Of a stretch of DNA of 64,000 nt, positions 55,134 to 63,804 are shown piece by piece. The notes beneath the pieces were generated by a model. It was not told where the DNA came from, made no database searches, and saw only the letters and a list, made by a program, of their open reading frames with translations. The position numbers were made by a program, and so were the translations under genes. The DNA lies in NCBI GenBank assembly GCA_963765495.1, contig CAVXWP010000012.1:149097-213096 (forward strand). Reading direction: 5' to 3'. This DNA comes from Blastocatellia bacterium (lineage in GTDB: Bacteria; Acidobacteriota; Blastocatellia; UBA7656). How positions within the stretch are numbered: the stretch's first letter is position 1; every line of letters starts with the position of its first letter.

Positions 55134-55206
55134 GGGCCGGTAGCTCAATTGGCAGAGCAACGGACTCTTAATCCGTGGGTTGAAGGTTCGATTCCTTCCC
55201 GGCTCA
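55134..55206 (+). tRNA. tRNA-Lys(CTT); followed by TCA rather than CCA
   Basis: Acceptor GGGCCGG/CCGGCTC, D arm GCTC/GAGC, anticodon arm ACGGA-CTCTTAA-TCCGT, T arm GAAGG-TTCGATT-CCTTC. Confidence 0.96.
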
Positions 55207-55213
55207 TCAATAT

Positions 55214-55288
55214 AATCAATAAGTTAAGGCTATCATAATGGTAGCCTTAATCACTTTTAGTCCCTTTTGACAGCAATGCTGACAGCAA
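55214..55288. promoter_or_regulatory. Att-arm region: IHF-like site, hairpin and paired integrase arm-type repeats
   Basis: AATCAATAAGTTA (55214-55226) fits WATCAANNNNTTR; inverted repeat 55224-55250; TGACAGCAA at 55268 and 55280. Confidence 0.6.
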
Positions 55289-55309
55289 CCCACATGGAAA
55301 CACAGAATT

Positions 55310-56473
55310 TCACTTATGGTCTGTAAGCAGCGCGTCCATCATGTTCAAGGCTTCTCGCCGCGCTTCCGGTGCGATATGAGCGTAGTAGTCGGCAGTCACA
55401 CTAATCTGGCTATGGCCGAGGATGTCAGAAATAGTCTTCAAGGGCACGCCTTGCGCCAGCAGCAGCGAAGCGCAACTGTGTCGAAGATCGTGAAAGCGAT
55501 AGCGGGGCAACTTAGCCGTTTCGAGAATAGCGTGATATTGGCGAATGACATTGCGGGCATCGAGCGGGGTTCCGACTGTGGACGTGAATACCAGACCGCA
55601 ATCCTGCCAACGCGATCCGACAAGTAATTTATCCTGGAGTTGTTGGCTACGGTGAGCGCGCAGGCGGGCTATTATCGCATCAGTAAGTGGAAGTTCGCGG
55701 CGGCTGTTGCGAGTCTTGAGTTCGGTAAGCTGAAGATCACCATCAATGCGTTGTAATGAATACCGCACACGTAACACTCTTGAGTTGAAATCCACGTCTT
55801 CCCAGCGCAGCCCTAACGCTTCTCCCTGCCGCAACCCCATCGCCAGCACGGTAGAGAAAAGGGCCTCCAAGCGGTCGCCCTCTATTGCTCGTAGAAATTT
55901 TCGCGCATCGTCAGGAAGCATGAATTGAACCTCTGGTCGCTCGACACGAGGAGACTCAACAAGGGTAGCAACATTGCGAGCAACCAAACCCCATTTGAGA
56001 GCTTGCCCAAGAGCACGACGCAGCACAGCACGCATGAGTTGTACTGAGCGCGGCGATAACCCCGACGATAGCTGCTCGTTCATCAACGTCTGTACGTGTT
56101 GCGGACCCAATTTTGTCAGTGTCAGCTTGCCCAACGCTGGTACGATATACCTATTTACATGCATCGCATAACATTCATAAGTTCGATAGCGCACGGACGG
56201 CTTAACACAATCTTCAAGCCATTGCGTCAAGAATTGCTTAAGGGTCTGATGTTCAGTGATAACCGGCAACCCCTTTTGCTGATCGTTCAAAGCTGCAACG
56301 AGTTTGCCTTTCACTTCTTCACGGGTGGCTCCATAAAAGGTCTTCCTGTGTAGCTTGCCGTCTCGATAACCAAGATTGATGGCAGCAGCCCACCGGCCAT
56401 CCTTCCGCTTATAGATCGAGCCTTCGCCCTGCCCGCGCTTTCTCTGCTTTTTCTCTTTAGCCATAAGTCTCAC
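55310..56473 (-). CDS. Phage/ICE-type tyrosine integrase
   Basis: N-terminal RGQGEGSIYKRKDGRW arm-binding segment; GLRQGEALGLRW, HDLRH, LGHS, YAH. Confidence 0.95.
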   Translation of the reverse strand: MRLMAKEKKQRKRGQGEGSIYKRKDGRWAAAINLGYRDGKLHRKTFYGATREEVKGKLVAALNDQQKGLPVITEHQTLKQFLTQWLEDCVKPSVRYRTYECYAMHVNRYIVPALGKLTLTKLGPQHVQTLMNEQLSSGLSPRSVQLMRAVLRRALGQALKWGLVARNVATLVESPRVERPEVQFMLPDDARKFLRAIEGDRLEALFSTVLAMGLRQGEALGLRWEDVDFNSRVLRVRYSLQRIDGDLQLTELKTRNSRRELPLTDAIIARLRAHRSQQLQDKLLVGSRWQDCGLVFTSTVGTPLDARNVIRQYHAILETAKLPRYRFHDLRHSCASLLLAQGVPLKTISDILGHSQISVTADYYAHIAPEARREALNMMDALLTDHK

Positions 56474-56766
56474 CTCTCCTTACTACTGGACTTCTTTGAG
56501 CGGTGTGCCCTTGTGCCTGCCCCAATGCTCAGTTCAGCCTCTCCCCCAGGCAATACGCTTGGATCAGCCTCAAATCGGAATAGCTGTCCAGGCACAACAC
56601 CAAAGAGGGTACAGAGCTTTTCCAGTGTAGAAAGATCGAGGCGAGTAGCTGTTGCGTTCCAAAGACCATAAGCAGAATTCAAATGTATGCCTGCACGCGC
56701 GGCCAACTGACGCGCATTGGCGATGCCTGCCTTTTCTGCAACTTCCTTAACTGTTAATTCCATCAT
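56470..56766 (-). CDS. XRE/Cro-C1 HTH repressor
   Basis: RQLAARAGIH...TLEKLCTLFGV.PGQLF; overlaps the integrase start. Confidence 0.85.
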   Translation of the reverse strand: MMELTVKEVAEKAGIANARQLAARAGIHLNSAYGLWNATATRLDLSTLEKLCTLFGVVPGQLFRFEADPSVLPGGEAELSIGAGTRAHRSKKSSSKER

Positions 56767-56912
56767 GGCTCTCGCAGTCTAACATAATACCTCAGTAACA
56801 ACATAGCATTAAATTCAGAAAATTACAATATCATAGACAGTTATACCTACAGATGCTCAGGTATAACAAGTTAAATTATTATATTTCGTCTATTATTTTA
56901 GACATTATTTTC

Positions 56913-56941
56913 TTGACAATATTTCTAAGATGTGAGACAAT
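56913..56941 (+). promoter_or_regulatory. Rightward promoter in the AT-rich divergent control region
   Basis: TTGACA-17 bp-GACAAT with upstream TG. Confidence 0.5.
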
Positions 56942-57120
56942 TCATATTGTCACATAGATGATATTTGACAATCTAGCGCGAAACCGAAAGGGTCTGGATT
57001 TGATTTCTTGCCGTGCTGAGTAGGTTACGGGCGCAAGGGTAGGCCAAAAATAATAACCTGCCTGACAACAGCAATACTCACCTTAAATAATTCACAACTT
57101 CAAATCAGGAGGCTACCACG

Positions 57121-57249
57121 ATGAAGGAAAAAGAGACGCGCACACTTGAGCAAGTCAAGGCAGGCGACATACCGCAGGTTGAATTTGAAATGACCGCCGA
57201 AGACTTTGGCGAATGGCTACACGAAGATGAGCAGGATTACCCCTTTTAA
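57121..57249 (+). CDS. Small acidic protein (42 aa), below the ORF-track cutoff
   Basis: SD AGGAGG; MKEKETRTLEQVKAGDIPQVEFEMTAEDFGEWLHEDEQDYPF. Confidence 0.6.
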   Translation: MKEKETRTLEQVKAGDIPQVEFEMTAEDFGEWLHEDEQDYPF

Positions 57250-57308
57250 TAGCGAAAGGCTGAGAGCTTGGACCCTCTCAGCCTCTCGAAACTTCCACCG
57301 ATTAAACG

Positions 57309-57635
57309 ATGAAAGGTATATGCAAAATGAAGACTAACACGACACCGACTGACATTCAATCACTCACGAACGACTTTTACCCGACCGCTTACAGCCTCCA
57401 ACTTCAAGCCGAAGAGTTAGCCGCAGCCGATGACTTTGAAGGCTACGCCGATTGGTCAGAAGACATTGAAGCTATTCGGCTGGCCGAAGAAGAAACCAAA
57501 GCTTGGGACGGCGCAAAGCCTGTCACTCTTGATGATGGCGCACAAGTCTTAATCAAGAAAGCTTGCGAGCATCCGAAATGCCCGCATCACAAATGCAACC
57601 GCTCGGACCTCCGAATAGGCGGGTTCGATATTTGA
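57309..57635 (+). CDS. Hypothetical acidic protein with C-terminal Cys/His cluster
   Basis: ORF in the element operon; CEHPKCPHHKC; alternative start 57327. Confidence 0.65.
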   Translation: MKGICKMKTNTTPTDIQSLTNDFYPTAYSLQLQAEELAAADDFEGYADWSEDIEAIRLAEEETKAWDGAKPVTLDDGAQVLIKKACEHPKCPHHKCNRSDLRIGGFDI

Positions 57636-57910
57636 TCTGCTCAATGTGTAGTAAGGCAATCAAACCGGATGATGTAACAAACCTGCATCATCCGGTTTAT
57701 CGCAGCCAGGGAGGGACCGAAACCGAGCCGGTTCACAAAGGCTGTCATGTTGCCTATCACAGCACGCAAGGCGATTTTCGAGCATTCGGCCGCATTGGCG
57801 GACAGATCACAGCGACAACAAAGCGATGGGCTTTCAATCTCAGGAATGTGAAAGATCATCCGGCCTATGAACTGAGCAGGCAATTTTATCGAGCGCACTA
57901 CGCGCACTAA
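57632..57910 (+). CDS. Small HNH endonuclease-like protein
   Basis: CSMC...HH...SQGG...HKGCHVAYH pattern; TTG start overlapping the upstream TGA. Confidence 0.65.
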   Translation: MICSMCSKAIKPDDVTNLHHPVYRSQGGTETEPVHKGCHVAYHSTQGDFRAFGRIGGQITATTKRWAFNLRNVKDHPAYELSRQFYRAHYAH

Positions 57911-58200
57911 TGGAGGGAAGCATGAGCGCAGCAAGATTTCCACTAGGGCAGATGGTAGCAACACCGGGCGCACTGGAAGCACTCGCACAGACCGGCCAGG
58001 ACGCATTTGAATTTATCCGCAGACATCAGCAAGGGGATTGGGGTTGCTTGTGCGATGAAGACAAGCAAGAAAACGAATTTTCAGTTGATAAAGACCTGAG
58101 AATATTCAGCGCCTATCGCCTGAAAGATGAAACCAAGATTTGGGTAATAACGGAGGCGGATCGAAGCGCAACGACTGTGCTTTTGCCGAGCGAATATTGA
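57910..58200 (+). CDS. Conserved plasmid/ICE-associated small protein
   Basis: FPLGQMVATPGA, RH..GDWG, WVITEADRSATTVLLPSEY; alternative start 57922. Confidence 0.8.
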   Translation: MEGSMSAARFPLGQMVATPGALEALAQTGQDAFEFIRRHQQGDWGCLCDEDKQENEFSVDKDLRIFSAYRLKDETKIWVITEADRSATTVLLPSEY

Positions 58201-58252
58201 CCACACCAGACCGGGGCAAGCTCGACTTGCCCCACACTCAGGAGATACGACC

Positions 58253-58609
58253 ATGATTCATCAGATACCCGCACAGATCGAGAGCAAAAATCAGGAACTC
58301 ATCACAGACTTGGAAGACCTTGCAATTGTGCGAGAGCAGATCAAAGACAGGGAATTAGACGCAATTTGCGAAGCGGCCGACGCTCGCAACGATGAAGGAA
58401 AGCCCCTTCACACAAACGATAAGCAACGCGAGCGCGCAGCCCGGCAGAGTTTGAGAGCAGATACACAGTACACACGCGACAGGGAAACTGCCCGAATACT
58501 TGAGCGCCGTATTGCTTTGCTCAATGCTGAAATTGAAAGGCTACGCCGTGAACTCAGGATTGCGATGATTGATTATGAGCGCGCCGAGTTAGGCCAGCGG
58601 GCAGCATAA
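58253..58609 (+). CDS. Hypothetical coiled-coil protein (phage-like)
   Basis: SD AGGAG; helical, charged; GK...TNDKQR. Confidence 0.7.
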   Translation: MIHQIPAQIESKNQELITDLEDLAIVREQIKDRELDAICEAADARNDEGKPLHTNDKQRERAARQSLRADTQYTRDRETARILERRIALLNAEIERLRRELRIAMIDYERAELGQRAA

Positions 58610-58693
58610 CAAGATTAAGGGCCGCGCAGTCCCGCAAAGAATTACGCGGCCCACTATCCCACGCGCCTCATCAGCGCGTAGAAAGGTACTGTA

Positions 58694-59050
58694 ATGACAC
58701 CACAGGAGAACCCAGATAATCAACCGAGCCTGTTTATGGATGACGAAAGCAGGCTTGTACGCCTTGAAGGAATCTCAGCCGAGAGCCGCGAAGCTTTAGC
58801 TGACCTGTTGATTGTATTGCGCCGGGGGATGAGGAAAGAAGGTTGCGGCTGGCAAGTAGTAGAAGCCGAGCTAGACCGTTTCATTGAGTTGTTGTTTAGG
58901 GAGTCGGAAGCCTACAGATTCGCGCTGAGGTTATATGCAGGCCGCTATGAAGTGATAGGCGGAAGGAATGCCGCCGACATTCTGCGCGAAGTCATAGAGA
59001 AATATATGCCTGATAGTGACGAACAAAGTGCAACAGATGATAATCCATAA
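58694..59050 (+). CDS. Hypothetical protein
   Basis: SD AAAGG; last rightward gene of the element module. Confidence 0.65.
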   Translation: MTPQENPDNQPSLFMDDESRLVRLEGISAESREALADLLIVLRRGMRKEGCGWQVVEAELDRFIELLFRESEAYRFALRLYAGRYEVIGGRNAADILREVIEKYMPDSDEQSATDDNP

Positions 59051-59109
59051 AGGTAAGCAAGGGGATGAATCAGCCGGGGCGATGCGAGCGCCCTGCTTCA
59101 CTACAGCAT

Positions 59110-59145
59110 GTTGGAAAGCGCGTCCGCTGGAATGAGCAGTTAGGC
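59110..59145 (-). repeat. Truncated attC (only the R''/L'' half remains)
   Basis: gttggaaagcgcgtccgctggaatgagcagttaggc is identical to 60549-60584; the complementary half is absent. Confidence 0.85.
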
Positions 59146-59237
59146 GGCAGACTTGGGGATTATCGACGAAGCTTTCGAAGTATTAAGGTTTATTAGCCCA
59201 ATACATACACCTCATCGGTTTTATCTCCTGATATTGA

Positions 59238-60419
59238 CTACTCATCCTTTTCTGATTCGCTCTTTTTTGATTCGCTAGTACTTCTCCAATATTGGCGAGC
59301 CGCTATATATCTTTCTGAAATTGATTCCCAAGCACCATTAAGCTCAGACCCTTCGATTTCTCCTAAATCATCGAAGGATAGTTCTGAGATTTCGCCCATC
59401 TGATAGGCACGGTGTCTTTGCATAAGAACGGAAACTATTCGATCACTTGGCGGCCAGTAAACCCCTCGGTCTGTTCTAATCCTTGGAAGTCTTACACGTG
59501 TTACAATTCTAAAGGGTTCTAGCCTTTCAAGAAATGAATCAAGTTCTTTTTCACTCTGAATTAAGGTGGCAGGATACTGTTTCTTCGAAGTATCGAACTT
59601 GATCTTCACCGTAGTTCGTTCAATAGCTTTTGTGCTTGCATCTCGAAGCAATAACTGTTCACCCTTCCCCGATGTATGAATTACAAGTCCTGAAATCATC
59701 GACTTTATTGTGACAGCCCTGACAGATTTAAGCTTCTTATCCACAAACTGATAAAGCTTTTGTGGCAGCTTAACATTGTAAGAATGGGTTCCTATTATCA
59801 AAGGAAGTTGGCCTGTTAGCCATGCATCCCAAAGAAAATCATGGAGAAAGGTGTAGAACTCGCCTCTTTCATTGAAAAACATATAAGGATTGTCAGAGCA
59901 ACCTGTTTCCTCGTCGTATTCTATAGTGAATTGAGTAATCTCACCCATAAGAAAAACGACTGCTTGGAAGGCTTCATGAAGGATAGCCGAGAGTCCTTCT
60001 TTGGTAAGTCCTTCAAGGGTAAGCGTTTTAAGACCTTCTTTATGAGCTCTTTCGATTGCGCCTTGAGTGTAACCACTTGCAGAAACATAAACTCCATCTT
60101 GTGGCGGGATTCCCACATCTTTCAGCTTGCCTATAAATTCGTCTATCTTTTGAACACCAACAGATGATCTTTCGTTTTTGCACTCGAAAGCAATTCTCTT
60201 AGAATATCCTGCTACCTGACCAACGACTAAAACATCTATTTCTCGTCTTCTTTTCCCCGTTCCAAGCACGGGAAGGAATACGTTAAGGCGAACGGTTACA
60301 TCAGGGTTTTCATGAAATGCTGCTGTAATCTTCTCAACGATCTTCCCCTTCTTTACAGTAGAGCCTGTTTGCTGCCTCTGTTTGGATTGCTTTCTATTTG
60401 TAGTTTTCTTCCTTGGCAT
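59238..60419 (-). CDS. Gene cassette: Mrr_cat-like PD-(D/E)XK restriction endonuclease domain protein
   Basis: EIDV...IAFECKN...VG...IDEF...GVYVSASGYT.GA; AT-rich; bounded by attC sites. Confidence 0.8.
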   Translation of the reverse strand: MPRKKTTNRKQSKQRQQTGSTVKKGKIVEKITAAFHENPDVTVRLNVFLPVLGTGKRRREIDVLVVGQVAGYSKRIAFECKNERSSVGVQKIDEFIGKLKDVGIPPQDGVYVSASGYTQGAIERAHKEGLKTLTLEGLTKEGLSAILHEAFQAVVFLMGEITQFTIEYDEETGCSDNPYMFFNERGEFYTFLHDFLWDAWLTGQLPLIIGTHSYNVKLPQKLYQFVDKKLKSVRAVTIKSMISGLVIHTSGKGEQLLLRDASTKAIERTTVKIKFDTSKKQYPATLIQSEKELDSFLERLEPFRIVTRVRLPRIRTDRGVYWPPSDRIVSVLMQRHRAYQMGEISELSFDDLGEIEGSELNGAWESISERYIAARQYWRSTSESKKSESEKDE

Positions 60420-60498
60420 TTCAACGATCCGAATCTATTCAACTCAAGTTTATGCTTTTGAATTCAGGATAGCTGAATTTTTCGACTCTAATCAAGAC

Positions 60499-60584
60499 GC
60501 CTAACGCCGAGTTCAGCGGCGCGCTGTGGCTTCCAATGTAACTGAGCAGTTGGAAAGCGCGTCCGCTGGAATGAGCAGTTAGGC
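60499..60584 (-). repeat. attC site (86 bp)
   Basis: Minus strand GCCTAAC-TGCTCATTCCAGCGGACGCG...CGCGCCGCTGAACTCGGC-GTTAGGC: canonical R''/L''/L'/R' layout. Confidence 0.93.
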
Positions 60585-60637
60585 ACAGCCTCCTCTTCTT
60601 GGATCATCGTTCTTTACTGTTCACACTGTCACACAAT

Positions 60638-61399
60638 TCAAGGTTTCTTGCCCACTATTATCACATATCGCATATGCTTGTTTGCGAAGATGCGTTCTGA
60701 TTCCAAGATTCTTCGCAGGCCTGCTACTCCCCATCGTCTTAGAATCTTTACAATCACCCCAATGTATCCCCTCACCCCAAGCTTCCTTTTGAATTCTTTC
60801 GTCCATATCTGGAGTAATTGTGTCTTGTCGATTACTTTGACTTCTTCGAGCCCTGCTTCTTCAAACTTTCTTTTCCAACCTTCTGCTGTCTCTGGCCATT
60901 CTTGCTCAATTTCTCCAAGTCTCTGTTTTAATTCCTCTGGCGTCTCTTCAGCCCAGCAGAGGTCGTGTATACCTACAAATCCTCTAGGCATAGTGACCCG
61001 AGCCATCTCCCGGATCACTCTTTCTTTGTCAAAATGGCAAATAGCACACTCAGAGAGAACCGCGAAAAAGGAATTATCATTAAAAGGCAGTTTGTGAGCA
61101 TCAGCCGATTGGAAATCGATATTTAGTCTCTGCTCTCTAGCTTTATGCATTGCCCGTTCAATCATCAAAGCAGATAAATCCACGCCTGTAACCCGTGCGC
61201 CAAACTCTGATGTAAGAAAGCAAGCTGCCTCACCAGTTCCGCAAGCAACTTCAAGAACCGAAACTCCTGCACGAATTCTGCAAAGATTAGCAAGTTCTCT
61301 TGTGATGCTTAAGCCGCCAGGGTGAAGAATTTCGACATTTAAGTTTTCGGTTTCGATGAGGAGTTCCAAGGAGGGTTGGCTTTCTTTCGATGTAGTCAT
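60638..61399 (-). CDS. Gene cassette: class I SAM-dependent methyltransferase
   Basis: LHPGG, VLEVACGTG, GVDLS, ADAHKLPF; true start ATG 61399 downstream of the attC. Confidence 0.88.
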   Translation of the reverse strand: MTTSKESQPSLELLIETENLNVEILHPGGLSITRELANLCRIRAGVSVLEVACGTGEAACFLTSEFGARVTGVDLSALMIERAMHKAREQRLNIDFQSADAHKLPFNDNSFFAVLSECAICHFDKERVIREMARVTMPRGFVGIHDLCWAEETPEELKQRLGEIEQEWPETAEGWKRKFEEAGLEEVKVIDKTQLLQIWTKEFKRKLGVRGYIGVIVKILRRWGVAGLRRILESERIFANKHMRYVIIVGKKP

Positions 61400-61437
61400 G
61401 CGCCTATTATACACTAATCCGATTTCCCCGATTGTGA

Positions 61438-61523
61438 GCCTAACGACGAATTCAGCGGCGCGCTGTGGCTTCCGTTTCAACTGAAAAGTTGGCATGCGCG
61501 TCCGCTGGAATGAGCAGTTAGGC
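61438..61523 (-). repeat. attC site (86 bp)
   Basis: GCCTAAC...GTTAGGC imperfect palindrome homologous to 60499-60584. Confidence 0.93.
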
Positions 61524-61618
61524 TGAACATTTGATTGGATGCTTCTACTGAATTGTTTGATCCTGTTGTTAGCATTCCTGTCATTCAAGTGGTTTTTCCT
61601 ATCTGGTCGGGATCACCG

Positions 61619-61897
61619 CTAGAAGAATTCCCAATATCCTCGTCGTCCAGAATAACGGAATGAACCTTTTCTAGTCTTCCAACTCTTGAGCGCATTTCTA
61701 ACAGTATGATTCCATTCTGGTTGATTATTTCCACTGCTACAGTTCTCAGCGCAGTAGTATGAGTCATCACATAGGTTTGGATACAGATTCCTAACAGAAA
61801 CATAAATCTCTTCAATGGTCCTTGTGCCTCTTTCCATAAATGAGAAATTAGCATCCTTCAGAACTCTAGCTAGCTTGCTTTCTACGTCCCTTGCCAT
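61619..61897 (-). CDS. Gene cassette: small winged-helix protein, Mrr N-terminal-like
   Basis: SD AAGGAG; IEEIY..V, WNHTVRNAL, RGYWE pattern. Confidence 0.65.
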   Translation of the reverse strand: MARDVESKLARVLKDANFSFMERGTRTIEEIYVSVRNLYPNLCDDSYYCAENCSSGNNQPEWNHTVRNALKSWKTRKGSFRYSGRRGYWEFF

Positions 61898-61920
61898 ATT
61901 GTTTCTCCTTACTATTTATT

Positions 61921-61985
61921 GCCTAATTTCTATGTTCATGCCTGAAAGCTGTCATGATTCTATGAATAAAATTCAATAGAATCAA
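61921..61985 (-). promoter_or_regulatory. Leftward sigma70 promoter plus attI-like site inside the array
   Basis: Minus strand TTGATT(61985-61980)-17 bp-TAGAAT(61962-61957), TCATG-12nt-CATGA inverted repeat, then A|TTAGGC core at 61927-61921. Confidence 0.55.
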
Positions 61986-62065
61986 TATACGAATGAGTTC
62001 TTTCTTTGAAAAAAATGGGTCCCATCAGAATTATCCATGCGCTGGGGTTGGCGGTCATTCCACGA

Positions 62066-62151
62066 GCCTAACGCCGGGGATCAGCGGCCCGCGGTGGGTA
62101 GAGGGATAATGAAACGGTGGTACGCGGGTCCGCTGTATCCCCCTGTTAGGC
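62066..62151 (-). repeat. attC site (86 bp)
   Basis: GCCTAAC...GTTAGGC; inner arms cagcggcccgc/gcgggtccgctg. Confidence 0.9.
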
Positions 62152-62342
62152 GCGTTACATCTTGTCGGTTCAATCCTGCACATATTCTTCGAGCAAGCCG
62201 CGCCAGGAGTTCGTTGCTTTTCACCGAGAGCCTTTCGACTTGCGCGGCGGAGTGATTGTAACAGTATTGCTTGAAGACAGGTACTCTTCTCTGCGTGATT
62301 GACGATCAGTGTGCTTCATCGTCACGGATCACCTTCCAGCGC

Positions 62343-62427
62343 GCTTAACGACGGAGATAACCGGCGCGCTGTGGCTCCCGATGTAACGAGAAGTTGGCAT
62401 GCGCGTCCGGTTATGGACCAGTTAGGC
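62343..62427 (-). repeat. attC site (85 bp)
   Basis: GCTTAAC...GTTAGGC; arms taaccggcgcgc/gcgcgtccggtta. Confidence 0.9.
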
Positions 62428-62619
62428 GCATTCCACCTTGAGGTTCGGTAAAGATGCCTCTGTCGAAATGCCAAGCCGCGCCAGCAGATAGCTTCGACTC
62501 AACCAGGATTTATCGGGTAGCGCGGCGCAGTGATTGTGTCAGTACACTTTGTAGACATGTAGTCTGATTGCTTGGTTGACGACCAGTATGCCTCATTGTC
62601 ACGGATGGCTTTCCTGTGC

Positions 62620-62705
62620 GCTTAACGCCGGGGATCAGCGGCCCGCTGTGGCCGAAGGGATAACGAGAAGCTGGTATGCGGGTCCGTTGAATGCCCATGT
62701 TAGGC
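62620..62705 (-). repeat. attC site (86 bp)
   Basis: GCTTAAC...GTTAGGC. Confidence 0.9.
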
Positions 62706-62881
62706 GCGCCTTTGTCGTTGGCCGCGCTCGGCTTTCTGGGCAATTCAATCAAGGCATATCGGGAGGCGCGGCCCCAATCTTGACTCGCTGCTTTGTGACT
62801 GCGTCGTTTAGTTACTATGACATTGTTCACTCTTTTTTCCGCCTCTGTGTCGTTGCTGTTGGTCAGGAAATTTCCCCGCGA

Positions 62882-62968
62882 GCCTAACGACGGAGATAAC
62901 CGGCGCGCCGTGGCCCTCGATGCAATCGAGCAGTTGGAAAGCGGGTCCGGTTGATGGACCTGTTAGGC
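62882..62968 (-). repeat. attC site (87 bp)
   Basis: GCCTAAC...GTTAGGC. Confidence 0.9.
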
Positions 62969-63157
62969 GCGTTCAATCTTGTCGGTTCGCTTCTGCACAT
63001 ATTCTTCGAGCAAGCCGCGCACGTACATCGGTTCCAGACATCCAGCTTCTATCGGGTAGCGCGGCGGACTGATTGTAACAGCATTGCTTGAAGGCATGTA
63101 CTCTTGCTGCGTACTTGGCGATCAATATAGTAGGTTTTCTCGGACCGCTTCCAGCGC

Positions 63158-63243
63158 GCTTAACGCCGGAGATAACCGGCCCGCTGTGGGCTCAGGGATA
63201 ATGAAGGGTTGGAATGCGGGTCCGGTTGATGGACCAGTTAGGC
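63158..63243 (-). repeat. attC site (86 bp)
   Basis: GCTTAAC...GTTAGGC. Confidence 0.9.
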
Positions 63244-63437
63244 GCATTCCACCTTGTAGGTTCAATAGAGTTACTCGTTCCCCTCTGCCAAGGCGCGCCC
63301 AGTGTTGATTTGCTTTTCAATCAGCAAATATAGGAGGGCGCGGCGGACTGATTGTGTCAGCACTGTTGGCAGGCAATTAGTCTGATTGCTTCATAGACGA
63401 GTAGTATGCCTCTTTTTCACGGATGGCTTTCCTGTGC

Positions 63438-63524
63438 GCTTAACGCCGGAGATAACCGGCGCGCTGTGGGCCTCGATACAAATGAGTAGTTGGAAAGCGC
63501 GTCCGGTTCATGGACCAGTTAGGC
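63438..63524 (-). repeat. attC site (87 bp)
   Basis: GCTTAAC...GTTAGGC. Confidence 0.9.
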
Positions 63525-63718
63525 GCATTCCACCTTGTAGGTTCAATAGAGTTACTTGTTCCCCTCTGCCAAGGCGCGCCCAGTGTTGATTTGCTTTTCA
63601 ATCAGCAAATATAGGAGGGCGCGGCGGACTGATTGTGTCAGCACTGTTGGCAGGCAATTAGTCTGATTGCTTCATAGACGAGTAGTATGCCTCTTTTTCA
63701 CGGATGGCTTTCCTGTGC

Positions 63719-63804
63719 GCTTAACGCCGGGGATCAGCGGCCCGCGGTGGGTAGAGGGATAATGAAACGGTGGTACGCGGGTCCGCTGTATCCCCCTGTT
63801 AGGC
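63719..63804 (-). repeat. attC site (86 bp); another begins at 63996 and runs off the window
   Basis: Identical to 62066-62151 from TAAC onward. Confidence 0.9.

Noticed and set aside
55310-56473. Integrase as the integron integrase IntI
   Set aside because: It has a phage-type arm-binding N-terminus, adjacent arm repeats and a tRNA target, and lies at the distal end of the array.
61400-61588. N-terminal extension of the methyltransferase in the ORF track
   Set aside because: It reads through an attC site; ATG 61399 fits cassette structure.
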